A stretch of 63,544 bases of DNA, counting the filler, from Rhabdomonas costata (lineage: Eukaryota): assembly GCA_019059605.1 (NCBI GenBank). It is 47 parts of 47 records of this genome, joined end to end, with 100 filler letters (N's around TTAATTAATTAA, not from the genome) between each part and the next. Parts side by side here need not be neighbours in the genome. Positions count along the whole stretch, not along the records: positions 62,291 to 63,544 come from JAHMHO010021797.1; 46 more parts are not named here. One strand, 5' to 3'. The position numbers and the translations under genes are program-made. This document shows, piece after piece, positions 62,568 to 63,544 of this stretch. The notes below the pieces were generated by a model that was not told the DNA's origin, did not search any database, and worked only from the letters and a program-made list of their open reading frames with translations. Every line of letters starts with the position of its first letter. Within the stretch, counting starts at the first letter, position 1.

Positions 62568-63544
62568 CCCTTACGCTTAGCTTGAGGTGGGTTGAGGGTA
62601 AGGCATTGACGTAGGGATTGACCTTAGCGTTTACCCTCAGCATTACACCTTAGGCTTACACCTTAGCGTTACCCTTACGCTATACCTTAGGCTTAGCGTA
62701 GGAATCATCCCTTAGCATCGGTCTCAGTCTCAGGCATGCTAACCCTCCACTTCAACCAAGGCATCAAGGCATCATCCTTACGCCTTACCTTCCACTAACC
62801 CTTCGAGTGGTTGGATGTATGGGTTGAGTCTAAGCATCGGGTGTCGGCATCATCAACCTCAGCATCAACCTTAGGCATAAACCCTTAGCATCAACCTTAG
62901 CATCAGCGTACCTTAGCCCTTACGCTTCAACTCTACCAACATCACCTCTACCATGGGTTATAGCGTAGGATGTGGAAGGTATGGCATAGCGTCACTGCTT
63001 AGCGTATATGCTACTATGCCTACACTACCAACATCAACGCTACCACCAGGGCTGTCATCGTGTTGGGGTTCGGGTACTGTGGTGTGAGTAGTGTATCCCT
63101 ACGCTACCGGTAACCACTAACCTCAACCACCACCACCGGATGCATGACTCGGACGCTACAACTTGAGCTGTGGTGACATTGCTGCTACCACTGCCGGTCA
63201 TTGTACCATCTCAGCCACTTGCCTCTCATGTGGGTTGAGTGGTGACCTAAGCATAGGGTATAGCATCGGGTGTTGGGATCAGCGTAGCACTGTCACTACC
63301 CTTACGCTTTACTGCTATGCATCCATAGGGTACGCGTAACACTACTAATAGGGTAACATGCCCATACGTTGGTGTTATGCCTACGACTATGGTGGCCCCA
63401 TAACAGCGTACTTCCTACTGCCTGCTATGTCCTACTACTGCTGTGGTTACCAACGCTTACCACTACAGGTTGGGTCTTACCGTACCACGCGCTACCATGG
63501 TGGGTGTGGAACCATAACTTAAGCTATGGCTACGTGAGAGATGC
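62568..63544. repeat. Mosaic of highly degenerate telomere-like hexamers on both strands
   Basis: CCTTAG, CTTACG, CATCAA, CCTCAG, CTAACC, GGGTTG, GGGTAA words recur; begins shortly after a GTACGT donor-like site at 62521. Confidence 0.6.

Noticed and set aside
1-63544. tRNA, rRNA, SL RNA, CRISPR arrays, operons
   Set aside because: None recognised by eye; a covariance-model search (Infernal/Rfam, tRNAscan-SE) would be needed to exclude small RNAs.

Overview
This window is not a continuous locus. It is 47 unrelated contigs of nearly equal length (about 1245-1261 bp, mostly 1254-1255), joined by 46 artificial 100-bp spacers (N44-TTAATTAATTAA-N44), so adjacency across spacers means nothing. Many contigs start with G/T-only and end with A/C-only bases, and several end in fold-back inverted copies. 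Both are typical of degenerate-primer whole-genome amplification. Most contigs come from an intron-rich eukaryote with canonical GT-AG introns, GC-rich exons and TTAGGG-type repeats; a protist such as a euglenid is plausible but unproven. Recognisable spliced gene fragments: RPN1/PSMD2, XPD/ERCC2, MTHFR, an SRPK kinase, COP9 subunit 7, a glyoxalase-II-like metallo-beta-lactamase, and RCC1, WD40, Kelch, ankyrin, FIST-C and Cache-domain proteins. Mobile DNA: two copies of an LTR-retrotransposon gag family, a decayed CRE/SLACS-type non-LTR element, a 268-bp MITE (25-bp TIRs, 8-bp TSD) carrying a telomeric (CCCTAA)n array, and a hairpin-plus-minisatellite element resembling Helentron-type elements. 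Two very AT-rich intronless contigs have palindromes after stop codons and look like giant-virus DNA. Two other contigs carry an unusual A/T-run-depleted mosaic of degenerate telomere-like hexamers. All assignments come from motif recognition by eye; no searches were run.
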